Below are positions 1-14,529 of a stretch of DNA of 64,000 nucleotides, piece by piece. The notes under the pieces are model-generated. The model was not told the DNA's origin and did no database searches. It saw nothing but the letters and a program-made list of their open reading frames with translations. How positions within the stretch are numbered: the stretch's first letter is position 1; the number at the start of each line of letters is the position of its first letter. This stretch comes from Octopus sinensis (lineage: Eukaryota). The stretch spans positions 106,206,001 to 106,270,000 of the forward strand of contig NC_042999.1 in assembly GCF_006345805.1 (NCBI RefSeq), written 5' to 3'. Position numbers and translations under genes: made by a program.

Positions 1-325
1 TGAATTCAGCAGCCCTCTTTGTACTTTTGATAAAACTGGAGTGTCATCTCCTAATATATCAACAATATCAACATGAAATGACATTGGGTGCTAGACCCTT
101 TTTCTGCAAGTATTGGATACCACAATGCCAAATTTTGTCCATTTTCATGAGAGGTTGACACTAGTTACTTTTGAAGTCTTCTTTGAATATTTAGTTCTCA
201 GTTTACCTGGACAAGAACAAACAGTTATTAATATAAAAATGCGTTTGAAGTAAGTGCATGCAAGACTTCACAACACTTGCATCACTCCTACATGGTCAGT
301 CTGTGAACTTTTCAGCCCACCCTCA
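1..325 (-). mobile_element. Degenerate mariner transposon 5' end (TIR + transposase N-terminus), runs off the window start
   Basis: Reverse strand shows TIR-like tgagggtgggctgaaaagttcacagactgacca, then MKMDKIWHCGIQYLQKKGLAPNVI-(frameshift)-DIVDILGDDTPVLSKVQ, a mariner HTH N-terminus. Same family as 37405-37950. Confidence 0.8.
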
Positions 326-825
326 TGTGTGGGTGAAGTGTGTACACACAGAAACAGACAAAGATATACTCATTAATCATTTCGAAATGTCTGAGATATT
401 TTTAACGAAAATCTTTCAAGCTGTTTTATATTTACATTGCTAATCTACACTTCGATCTCTGATTTTCAACCGTCATTGATTCCTCACTTGTAAAATTATT
501 CGGCTCAAACATCTTTCGAAATGAAGGTTGTTATTAGCGCCTTCACTAAATCATAAGGTCATGCAGTGGTTTACCAGGTATCTAGAATTATATTAAGATT
601 TAAAATATTTACTTGGAATTTCATCTGAGGCATCTACATATCTGACGTTAATACATCTGCTGATGATTAGACATGTCGATTAGACTATTAGGCAGTGGTG
701 GGACGATATATTCTATAAATACGATACAAGAGATGTGGTAGATTTTATAGATAATTTCTTTGAGGCATGCATCAAATCCTTGCATAGCTACAAGCCTATA
801 CATATAAGTACGCTTCGCTACAAGC

Positions 826-828
826 ATA

Positions 829-887
<59 letters not shown>

Positions 888-1000
888 TATATATACGTCG
901 AGAGAGAGAGAGAATGAGAGGGGAGAGAGAGTGGAAAATAGAGAAAGAAAGAGAGAGGAGAGAGTGTGGAAAAAGAGAGCGGAAAAGAGAGTGATAGAGA
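826..1000. repeat. (TA)n followed by GA-rich low-complexity tract
   Basis: Directly visible. Confidence 0.95.
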
Positions 1001-1474
1001 GTCAACAAGTGAGATCCAGATATGATAAAGAGAGAAAACAGTGTTACTTAAGTGATTTGAACTTACTCTTCGAAATCTAACAACTAAGTCTGCGGGTGAT
1101 ATGATTGGCTATAAGAGGAACTAAGGTAAGCTGATATGGAGATACTAATGCAAATATACAATAACAAACCACATACATACGTATATACATGCAAATATAT
1201 ATATGTGGATATATATAGACAGATAAGCAAAAACTGAAAATTTTCAGATGAACATTCACATTATAGGTATATAGATATTTATATATTTACAGAACAGACT
1301 TATATCGAGTACAAAAAATAAATAAAACTAATGGGAGAGAGCATGGTAATTCAGGTCCGACAACTATTTTTGAAGGCTCTGAATTAAGTAATATAGCTAT
1401 TACGTATATATATGTATGTATATTTCAAATATCAAGCCCAAACGTGCTTATTTGTTTACTTGCATCATTATGAC

Positions 1475-1476
<2 letters not shown>

Positions 1477-1539
<63 letters not shown>

Positions 1540-1540
1540 T

Positions 1541-1582
<42 letters not shown>

Positions 1583-1597
1583 TATATATATATATAC

Positions 1598-1638
<41 letters not shown>

Positions 1639-1850
1639 GACAGACAGACAGACAGACAGACAGATATACATACACATATACACAACTCGCCAGTCACTCC
1701 ACATTGTTTATTTTCTCTCCTTGTTTCTTTCTGTGGAAGAGCGTAGGCTCGAAACATTAAAAGCTTTTTCACTTCCCGAGCGTTAAACTGATACATACTT
1801 TTGTTGTCTACACCACCTTTCTTCGTCTTTGTTTTTTTATGTATTCTCCC

Positions 1851-1900
<50 letters not shown>

Positions 1901-1907
1901 GAGAAAG

Positions 1908-1997
<90 letters not shown>

Positions 1998-2042
1998 GTA
2001 GATAGATAGATAGATAGATAGATATAGATATATAGATATATA
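1477..2042. repeat. Compound microsatellites (CT)n/(TA)n/(GA)n/(GACA)n and (GATA)n
   Basis: Directly visible; two blocks separated by ~170 bp of unique sequence. Confidence 0.95.
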
Positions 2043-2609
2043 AGTATATGGTGAAACTTGGTGGAATTCATGGAACTAGAAAGAATTCTTTCTTAAATGT
2101 TAGTTTTCTTCTGTGCTTATTGCATGTTTCTGAGACGGAACTTTGATGAGGTTATTAAAGATTTTAAAACAACAGTTATATAAAAGGTCTGTTAGTATTG
2201 TATATAATATTTTGTTGCTCTTATATTAAATTTATAGGCATGCTATTGATTATTTCGAATTATATTTTAATGCTAGACTTTCAGATGATTTCACAGTGTA
2301 TAGAGCATTTATGATTTCCAGTTATGATAACAGATGACTTGTAAGCTAAGTTTTCCCAAGTGGAAATCATATGACAAATTTCAGACCACTTAAGTAGCTT
2401 AGTTGTGTGCAGTGCCATTTTACACAAATAATAAGCACCCATTATCTTTTCAAGCCATTTAGTTATCGCTGTAGTTACAAGTTGCTATCTATTGGTATGT
2501 GTTCCCATGTTCATCGGAACTTACTGTTATGATTTTCATTTCTTATTCTCTATCTCATTCGTCGCACTGAATCATAAAATCCTATAGGACCTTTGCATTT
2601 CTATTTTCG

Positions 2610-2691
<82 letters not shown>

Positions 2692-2899
2692 TCACTGCCT
2701 GGAATCGGACTCGGTAACTTGAGGTTAGTAGCCCGTGCTCTTAGCCACTACACCATATGCCCGTGGACAATTATGGACCCCTAAAATTCACTACATAATT
2801 GCCAACGGACATATGGCGTAGTGATTTGAGCGCGGGCTACTAAGCCCGTGATTCCGAGTTTGATTCGAGGCAGTGACCTAAATATTAATAATGATGATA

Positions 2900-2989
<90 letters not shown>

Positions 2990-3032
2990 TAACAATAATA
3001 ACAATAACAATAATAACAATAATAATAATGAC

Positions 3033-3089
<57 letters not shown>

Positions 3090-3121
3090 CACTAGCTCGT
3101 TTTTCAAACTATCTAACTTTC

Positions 3122-5049
3122 TTGTGTAGATGTAGAAACTCAAAGCTAATACCACCTGGTTTGAATATAATGACACCAGTGGATTCATATAAAGCTAGAA
3201 GAGTAGCAAGAAAGGAGAGGATCCATTACAACCGTTGGAAAAAACATCAACTAAATAATGAAATCAAAGAGAGGTTATCTTCATTACTTAGGAAAATAAC
3301 CAGAGATGAAGATATAAAGAGAATCCAACAAGATCTAGAAAAGTCGTACATGAAATAATTTTAAATGGTGAAGATACTCCAAACTAAGACGCTTATGAAA
3401 CTCAAAGGTCAGAAAATGAAGACTATCAAATGACAATTCCATCATAATACTTCCAGCGGGAAATGCAACAGTGGTGATGGACAAGTCTGACTACTCGGAA
3501 AAATTGTCAAGTCAAATAAGTGATTGTAGCTACAGCAAAGAAAATGAAGACCCAACTCTGAAAACAGAGAGGAATTTGTCACAGATCTTGATCAAGAATA
3601 AGTATCACTTTACGCCTTTGAAGTACAGACAACTGACTCAACACTACAGTAAACTACCACACATGTACGGTCTCTCTAAGTTTTACAAGGATGGTATATT
3701 GTGAACTGCAGAGGTTCAGCATGTCATCCACTGAGCCGCTTCCTTGTGGATGTAATCAGTCCATTAGCAGGAAAGTCAACATCCAACGTGAAGAATTCCA
3801 CCCACTTCACAGAATTTATCAAGGATAGCCCCATTGAATCCAACCAGATGGTGAGTCTAGATGTGATAAGTCTGTTCACCAAAATCCCAACTGATGAAGT
3901 ACTATCGGTGATTCAAGAAAAACTAGTGACAGACACCCATCTAAAACAACGCACTGGTACACCAAGAAGAAACTTGATGGAAATATTGACCTTCTATGTA
4001 GAAACTATCTACTTCAGTATGGACACTGATATATATCGACAAGAGCAGTGTTTAGCTATGGGTTAACCAATATCCCCGATAATAGCCAATATATATACAT
4101 ATGGAATACTTTGAGAATTTGGTTTTAGGATCAACACCACTAAAACCCACCCTGTGACTGCGATATGTTGATAACACCGTCATACTCTGGCCCCACTAGG
4201 AAGATGTCCAAGTACTGCTAGATCAAATGAACTCAATAAAGCCATCCATACAGTTCAGAATGGAAAAGGAAAAAGACAATCAGCTAGCATTCCTGGACGT
4301 ATTAAAAACAAACTCCAAGTATGTATTCAGAACATCCGTATACTGCAGGCCGACCTTCACTGGATGATACCACAACTTCGATTCCCATACAGTGTAAAGA
4401 GATGGATTGCTCAATGTCTAAAACATCGAGCAAAGAATATAAGCAGCAATCGTGATATACACCACGAAGAAATGGTCATGCTCAATAACAATCTATTAAG
4501 CAACAACTACCCCAAAACCATACTATCCACTCCAATCATGAAGAAAAGCGTGGATGAAACCAATAAACTGTCCACAGTCTGTCTATCCTATGTGAAAGGT
4601 CTCTCCGAAAAGATACAAAAGATATGCGGACCATATGACATCAGGACAGTATTGAAGTGCAATAAAACATTTGGCAAATATCTCCGAGTAAAACAACAAG
4701 TAGAAGAGAATATGAGCAGACTGTGTGTACTCTATGCAGCTGTGGTAGGTTATACAAAGGCGAAACATGCCGCCCCCTCAAAATAATGGTAGACGAATAT
4801 TGCAAAGCTGTGACACGAGGAGATATTGATAAATCGGGTATAGCTGATCATGGATGGAAAAATGGAGACCACCTCTCCCTGTGCGATTAAGTTAAAATAA
4901 TAGACAGAGAAAACCACTGGAATATACGTAAACTAAAAGAAGCAGCACATATGCTAGGACACAACAACCTCCTCAGCAGACCTAGTTCAGATATCAGTAG
5001 CGTATGGGAGCTGGTATTAAGAAAGGATAGAAAAATATTAGATTTATAA
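3122..5049 (+). pseudogene. PLE reverse transcriptase/GIY-YIG endonuclease ORF with multiple stops and frameshifts
   Basis: Pieced from track ORFs 3122-3358, 3471-3704, 3701-4066, 4364-4786 and intervening frames; PLE-type RT and GIY-YIG motifs are present. Confidence 0.88.
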
Positions 5050-5187
5050 GCCCTAAAAGTCACTCCGTAATTACCCACGGGCATATGGCTTAGTGGTTAA
5101 GAGCGTGGACTACTAACCCTAATTACCGTGTTCAATAACATCGAAAATTATCTTAGGAATGAGAACCAAGGTTCGAAATTTCCCCAA

Positions 5188-5231
5188 GACACGCGATGAA
5201 GGCTGGAGGGTATATCACCAAAAGGTGTGTT
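5188..5231 (+). ncRNA. Degenerate minimal type I hammerhead ribozyme in the PLE terminal repeat
   Basis: gacac-gcgatga-a-ggctg(gagggtatat)ca-cc-aaaag-gtgtgtt. Stem I gacac/gtgtt and stem II ggctg/ca(g)cc remain; the core CUGAUGA and GAAA positions are mutated. Located where PLE hammerheads are known to sit. Confidence 0.55.
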
Positions 5232-5244
5232 GATGCAACCAGTA

Positions 5245-5481
5245 GGTGCAGCTTACAGTGCAAACACATCTTGCAACATGATTGCTCTATAAAGTGGATC
5301 TGCTGATTGTAACTATAGCTCGACGTTATGTGTTTCCAAATATATATATATACACATACATACATATGTGTGTTTGTTTGTGTGTGTATTTGGAAACACA
5401 TGACGTCAAACTATAGTTGAAACCAATAGATTCTTTATAGAGAAAACAGGTAGCAAATGTGTTTGCACTGTAAACTGCATC
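5245..5481. repeat. Imperfect inverted repeat (~95-bp arms) around a TA/CA/TG microsatellite
   Basis: 5245-5342 aligns to the reverse complement of 5387-5481 (shared acagtgcaaacacat, ctctataaag, aactatag, atgtgtttccaaata). Confidence 0.85.
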
Positions 5482-5688
5482 TTGTGTTGAATCTTATATA
5501 TATATATAACCCCAAGAGGACATTTCCTCTAACTGGTTAACAATGCACATCTGTATCCGATAAAATAGCGAACAGATGGGGCGTCCCTACCATCACCTAG
5601 TGAGGGGATCAGTCCTGTTTTCGCGCTATTCCTGCCACTCCTTAGTACACCTCGTCTTCTAGAGATGACAGCGGATCACTTCTGAACG

Positions 5689-5755
<67 letters not shown>

Positions 5756-5785
5756 TATATATCTGAAGCGAACACACAGTCGCTG

Positions 5786-8545
<2,760 letters not shown>

Positions 8546-9608
8546 TATATACATATATATATAGATTACATGTGTGTGTGCGTTTGTGGGGGAGTGTGTA
8601 CGCATATATATGTATATGTACGTATTGTAGCAGGAAAAGTCACAGGCGCAGGATTGATAATATTCTAAATTTAATCAGCTTGGAAAATTAAATAACAAGA
8701 ACAGAGGAAGCCTAAAAACTTTGCAGCTGAGATTGGAATTTGAATAAAATTTATATGCCTTTTCGGATGGAAAAGGTAAGAAAAAGAAAAAGTCTAGTGT
8801 GTAGTTCAGCAGCATATTTTTATAAAATGATTGAATTTGTAAGTCTATTTTATTTACCTCATAGTACCCACTTCTGTGAATGTCTACTGTAGATCATACC
8901 CACACTGAAGAGGGGCGGTCTGTTGGTTAAATTCTATAGAAGGTGAGTTTTGAGTTTTTTTTATATATATCTCTGGTTGAAAGCGTCTCAGAGCTTTGTG
9001 AGTACAAAGTCTAAATCGTTGGGAATAAATCTTTATAATTTATCATTTCTTAAGTGGGAGAAACTGGACGTCACTAAAGCTACAAGTCTGTCATTAGTTG
9101 TTTCTTAATTGATAAGATAATACTATACATATTATTTCGAAAATTTCAATTTTTTTAAATCACATACTCCTCGGGCGTCGGAAAAAGACAAAAACGGGTG
9201 CCTGCTGAACCAGATCAAATGACATGAAATGAGAAATGCATCAATCAGGTCGGTCGACATGCTAGAAATCTCCGCTAAATTTCTGGAAATTTTCTGAGAA
9301 AATTGATCTTTTTGCTCATTGAATCACTTTCTTCTCCATAGCTTTTGTTTTTTGTTTTTGACAATTTTCTACGTCACAAATTTTGAGGCAGTTTTCAGAA
9401 TTAGATTTCTCAAGTAGATTTTTGAAGGAAGCTTTACTGTTCTAAACTGGCGTTTGAAATAACAGAAATATGATGATTTGATTACAATATCAGTCATTAT
9501 TACTTCTCATATTTAACATTTTGTCACCTCATTACCAGGGCACTAATTTAAAATTGTAAGAATCTTCAGAAGAAGGGCCATGAAAATGAAATGATCTTCT
9601 CTAATCTA

Positions 9609-9767
9609 GGCACAAGGCCGGAAATTTTGGGGTAAGGGGCCAGTCGATTAGTACGACCCCAGTAATCAACTGGTAATTTATCCACCCCGAAAGGATGAAA
9701 GGCAAAATCGAACTCGGTGGAACATGAACTCAGAATGTAACGGCAGATGAAAGACCTATTTCTTAAA
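9609..9767 (-). mobile_element. tRNA-derived SINE body (octopus-type), truncated
   Basis: Reverse complement contains gttctgagttca...ttttgcctttcatcctttcggggtg...ctggggtcg, shared with the copies at 21433 and 54985. Confidence 0.85.
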
Positions 9768-10270
9768 CAAGTACAGGTGCCCGAACATGTCTGGCAAAGT
9801 CTTATACAGTTTTTAGGGTAGACCATCCAGTCCCGGTGCCTTACCCACGTCGCAGTGCGCCATAGTCTCAATTACCTCATCAGGCGTGATCGGCCCTTCA
9901 CAACACTCCGCGTCAAGCTCCGAGAAGCACGGCAGCCCGGCGAGGAAATCCGATAGGTCCCTGTTACTGTGCGGTCTGCTTCCCCCACCACGAAATGTTG
10001 GGCGAAGTGCTCCTGAAAGACCTCACGCATATCCTCTGACTCGTTTATCAACTTATATTTTTGGTTCATCAAAGATCGAATTGTGCCATCATTGCCACGT
10101 TGGGCTTCCACCACTCGGGCCCATCCTGCTGACTTGATTCCTTCACAACCAATGTACGAATCGTGGCTCCAACAATGCAACCCATATGTGGGGCTTCGAG
10201 ATGCTGGTTTAACGTCAGTCTCTTGGCCGTCACCTGAGCTGCAGAGCCAGATTCCATTGCTTCCTACAAG
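9768..10270 (-). mobile_element. Tx1/L1-clade LINE ORF2 fragment (EN-RT linker)
   Basis: Reverse translation DLSDFLAGLPCFSELDAECCEGPITPDEVIETMAHCDVGKAPGLDGLP*KLYKTLPDMFGHL contains the K-A-P-G-x-D-G motif. Confidence 0.85.
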
Positions 10271-10300
10271 TCCTTAGCTAATGCAAATCCCTTCCTAGTA

Positions 10301-10555
10301 TATCTATATTTATAAAACTGAGAATGTGTGTGTGTCTGTCTGTCTGTCCAGCTGTCTGTCTGTCAGTCTGTGAGAATCCCTAAAACTTGAGAAATACACA
10401 ACCAATTTCATTCAAATTTTAGACATGTCTTACGTAGGGTCCATGTAGTGTCATGGGCAAATATATGTTTAACTTCTTGCCTAGGGCGGGCCTACAGCAA
10501 TATCGTATCTTCGCTATTCCAGTATTACGTGTTAAAAGTGAATTAAAAAAGCTCT
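10301..10555 (+). mobile_element. Non-autonomous Helitron/Helentron-like 5' segment
   Basis: Begins tatctatatttataaaa followed by a (TGTC)n tract and accaatttcattcaaattt, the same layout as the 5' end at 16855. No 3' CTAG end was found. Confidence 0.55.
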
Positions 10556-10559
10556 CTAT

Positions 10560-10571
10560 TGTATGTATATG

Positions 10572-10649
<78 letters not shown>

Positions 10650-10691
10650 CATATATATATATATAATATATATATATATATATACATACAT

Positions 10692-10729
<38 letters not shown>

Positions 10730-10865
10730 GATATATATATATATATAGATATATATATATATATAATATATATATAGATATATATATATATATAGATGTA
10801 CATGTAATATATACACATATATACACCCATACACATACCTCTACCCCCCACACCCACACACATAC
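10560..10865. repeat. Long (TA)n microsatellite with CA tail
   Basis: Directly visible. Confidence 0.95.
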
Positions 10866-10867
10866 AT

Positions 10868-11185
10868 AGGTGCAGGTTTGGCTGTGTGGTAACAAACTTT
10901 GTTCCAAAACACATGGTCCTCAGTTCAGTCCCACTGTGTGGTAACTTGGCACATGTCTTCTGTTAAAGCCTCAGACCAACCAAAGCCTTGTCAGTGGATT
11001 TTCTAGGCAGAAACTGAAAGAAATCAATTGTATGTATATATGTAAGTCTATGTGTGTGTCTTTGTGTTTCTCCCTCATCACTGCTTCACATCTGGCGTTC
11101 GTTTATTTACATCCCCATAACTTACTGGTTTCACAAGAAGAAACTGATAGAATAATTATCAGGCTTATCAAAATATAAAAAAGCA
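10868..11185 (+). mobile_element. tRNA-derived SINE (second family)
   Basis: A-box-like tggctgtgtggt and B-box-like gttcagtccc, followed by body ccaaagccttgtcagtggattt...gaaactgaaagaa...ccccataactta...gatagaataa. Confidence 0.8.
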
Positions 11186-11255
11186 CTAGGCAGTGTCTCA
11201 TATTTTTGTTTGCCCACTCAGTTGTATCTATCAATTTATCTTTGTGTGTGTGTGA

Positions 11256-11348
<93 letters not shown>

Positions 11349-11420
11349 ATGGATATCGTAGACAGGAACTGAAACAAATCAATCGTATCTATATGTATGT
11401 ATATATGTAAGTGTATGTGT

Positions 11421-14110
11421 TTTGGTATTGGCAACATGAATGAAAATGGTCAGAGACTACTTGAATTTTGCACATACAATAACCCATGCATCACCAACAC
11501 ATTCTTTGCCAACAAGACATCCCACAAGGCATCTTGGAAACATCCAATATGTCACCACTGGCATCAGCTGGATCTCATCATTACACGAAGATCCTTTCTG
11601 AACTCTGTTCAACTGACCAGTAGTTACCACAGTGCGGATTGTGACATACCTCATTCACTAATAAGAAGCAGGGTGGGAATTCTGCCTAACGAAGTCCATT
11701 ACTCCAAGAAAATTGGCCGACTACGCATTAACACTGCCAGAAACTCGGACCCTACAGTGCGAAAATGTTTTGTTGTTTCCATCAAGGTTGCTCACAGTAG
11801 CTCCTCTGCTGAAAGTAGGTGGAATTATATCAGGGAAGCTTTGTATACCACATCAATAGATACTTTCGGCATGCGTGAAAGGCAAAACCCAGATTGGTTC
11901 AGTGTTGGCTCTCAGAGCTGGAAGCAGTTGTCGAAGCAAAGCGTGCAGCTCTGATGCAATACAAGAGTGATTCTTCTACAAAGTCACTCGAAGAACTCAG
12001 AAAGGCAAGAAATAAAACCCAACTGACTGCCAGACGCTGTGCAAATAGGTATTGGCAGGAAATCTGTCAGAGCATCCAGTCAGCTCCTGACAGTGGTGAC
12101 ACCCATGGGATGTATGCCGGTTTGAAGAAGGCCCTCGGTCCATCCGCAACCAAGTCAGCCCTTCTGAAATCAACTAATGGAGATCTCATCAAGGACCAAA
12201 GCAAGCAAATGGATAGATGGGTGGAGTACTACTAGGATCTCTACTCACGGGAGACCACGGTAGCTGAGGCTGCAATCGAGGGTGTCAAGATCTTGCCTGT
12301 CATGTGTGAACTTGACAGTCTGCCATCTTTAGCAGAGCTCACCAAGGCTATTGACTCCCTAGCAAGTAACAAGGCTCCGGGAAAAGACGTCATCCCCTTA
12401 GAGATCATCAAAAATCGGCAAAAACACTATCCTGCTTCGGCACCTTCATGAGCTTCTGTGTCAGTGCTGGGGAGAGGGTACAGTCCCTCAGGATATGCCG
12501 GATGCTAACATCATTACGCTTTACAAAAACAACGGGGAACGTGGTGATCGTAACAATTGCCGTGGAATATCTCTTCTAAGCACTGTTGGAAAAGCATTTG
12601 CTCGCGTTATCCAGTCCAGGCTACAACCGCTTGCTTCTCGAATTTATCCAGAATCGTAGTGTGGCTTTAGAGGAAGCAGACCAACTATTGACATGATATT
12701 CTCCATACGCCAACTTCAGGAGAAGTCCAGAGAGCAGAAAATGCCATTATATATGGCCTTCATTGATATAGCATTATATATGGCCTTCATTGATATGGCA
12801 AAAAATCGGATGTCCACCAAAGCTGCTGAGGATCATCAAATCTTTCCATGATGATATGCAAGGCACCATACAGCACAATGGTTTAACATCAGCCTTCTTC
12901 CAAATAAAAAACGGGGTAAAGCAAGGTTGTGCCCTTGCTCCTACATTATTTGGCATCTTCTCGCTGCTGCTGTCGCATGCCTTTCAGACATAAGGTGATG
13001 GAGTGTTTCTGAACAGTAGAAGTGACGGAAAACTGTTCATTCCCTCGCGTCTGCGTGTCAAGACCAAATTCAGAAGCGTCCTGATCAAGGAGGTGCTATT
13101 TGCTAATGATGCCGCTCTGGTATCACACACAGAAGAAGCCTTACAAAGACTCATCAACTGTTTTGAGCAAGCATGTAGCGACTTTGGCTTAGTTATAAGC
13201 CTCAAGAAGACCAATATCATGGGTCAGGCTACATCGGACATCCCAGACATACATATTGGAGACTAAAGACTACAAGAGGTGGAGACGTTTACCTATCTTA
13301 GCTCTACCGTCATCTACAACATATACCTTGATGCTGAGCTCAATATACGCATTGGCAAGGCATCTGCTGTAATGTCCCAACTATCCAAACGGCCATGGGA
13401 CAACAATAAGCTGACCAAGACCAAAAAATGAAGATTTACCAGGCATGTGTAATTAGCACTCTACTGTATGGGAGTGAGACTTGGACGCCATACACAAGCC
13501 AAGAGCGTCGCCTAAATATATTTCACCTGCGCTGCCTCCGGGGAATCTTTCGCATCAAATGGCAGAATCATGTCCGCAACAAAGATGTCCTCAAGCAAGC
13601 AGGAATACCAAGTATGTTTGCACTCCTCACACAAAGACGTATGAGTTGGCTTGGACATGTTAGCCGTATGGAAGATGGCAGAATCCCCAAGGACATACTT
13701 TACAGAGAGCTTGCTAGGGGCACTAGGTCTGTGGGAAGACCGTTCTTACGATACAAGGATGTTTGCAAAAGGGACATGAATGCCTGCAACATCAATATTA
13801 CCAATTGGGAAGCAGTTGCCTGCAACCGTGGAGAATGGCGGCGTACCGTAAAAGAGGGAACACAACGAGTGACATTGAGAGAGGGGAGAAATGGAAAGAC
13901 AAGAAAAGACGTCAACAAGAAAGTATGACATTACAACCAACCAGGCAAAATCTTCGCTACATTTGCGGCACCTGCCAGAGGGAGTGTTTGTCCAGGATAG
14001 GACTACACATCCACAGCAGGAGATGTATTAGGACATGAAATGTAAAAGCCGGACTAGATTATTTTATGTGCACCTCCATTGTCTCCCGAGACAAAAAGGA
14101 TGCCAGCAAC
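11421..14110 (+). mobile_element. RTE-clade LINE, 5'-truncated, decayed ORF2 (APE C-terminus, RT, C-terminal C2H2-like finger)
   Basis: GIGNMNENGQRLLEFC...WHQLDLII...HSADCD (APE end); KAPGKD, RGISLLSTVGK, GVKQGCALAPTLF and LFANDAAL (RT); STLLYGSETW; CGTCQRECLSRIGLHIHSRRC; 3' end ctcccgagacaaaaaggatgccagcaac. Confidence 0.95.
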
Positions 14111-14111
14111 A

Positions 14112-14385
14112 ATATATATGGATTTCGTAGACAGGAACTGAAACAAATCAATCGTATATATATATATGTATCTATATATGTAAATGCATGTGTGTGTCTT
14201 TGTCTCTGTGTTTCGCCCTCATCACTGCTTCACAACTGCTGTTCATTTTTTACATCCACTTAACTTACTGGTTTCACAAGAAACAACTAATACAATAAGT
14301 ACCAGGCTTATCAACATAAAAAAGCATTAGGCTGTGTCTCATATTTTTGTTTGCCCAATCAGTTGTATCTATCAATTTATCGTTG
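14112..14385 (+). repeat. Older duplicate of the SINE 3' half plus flank (homologous to ~10998-11240)
   Basis: Shares ccctcatcactgcttcac...aacttactggtttcacaag...gtgtctcatatttttgtttgccc...cagttgtatctatcaatttatc with 11070-11240. Confidence 0.85.
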
Positions 14386-14481
14386 TATGTGTGTGTATAT
14401 ATATATATATCTATCTATCTGTATATCTATCTATCTATATATCTATCTACATATATATATATATAATTTTTTTTCTAGTTT

Positions 14482-14520
14482 CAGGTCAGAGCTGCGGCCA
14501 TGCTGATGCACCGCCGTTTT
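14482..14520 (-). mobile_element. SINE 3' terminus fragment
   Basis: Reverse complement ggcggtgcatcagcatggccgcagctctgacctgaa matches, from recall, the tail of the 10868-type family. Confidence 0.55.
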
Positions 14521-14529
14521 GTGCTACAC

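Larger units (their letters stand above)
2610..5235 (+). mobile_element. Penelope-like retroelement (PLE), decayed, with inverted 5' and direct 3' pseudo-LTR
   Basis: Disrupted RT motifs SLDVISLFTKIP (~3830-3870), QEQCLAMG*PISPIIAN (~4040-4090) and LRYVDNTVILWP (~4155-4195). GIY-YIG region CSCGRLYKGETCRPLK...SGIADH...WNIRKLKEAAH ends at TAA ~5049. Terminal repeat occurs at 2687-2777 (-), 2779-2882 (+) and 5051-5235 (+). Confidence 0.9.

Noticed and set aside
2687-2882. tRNA-like sequences as genuine tRNA genes
   Set aside because: A and B boxes and an anticodon-like loop are present, but there is no proper acceptor stem. They run into (AAT)n and belong to the PLE terminal repeat.
5490-5690. 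GC-richer block after the foldback, examined for a second hammerhead
   Set aside because: No CUGANGA/GAAA core with flanking stems on either strand.
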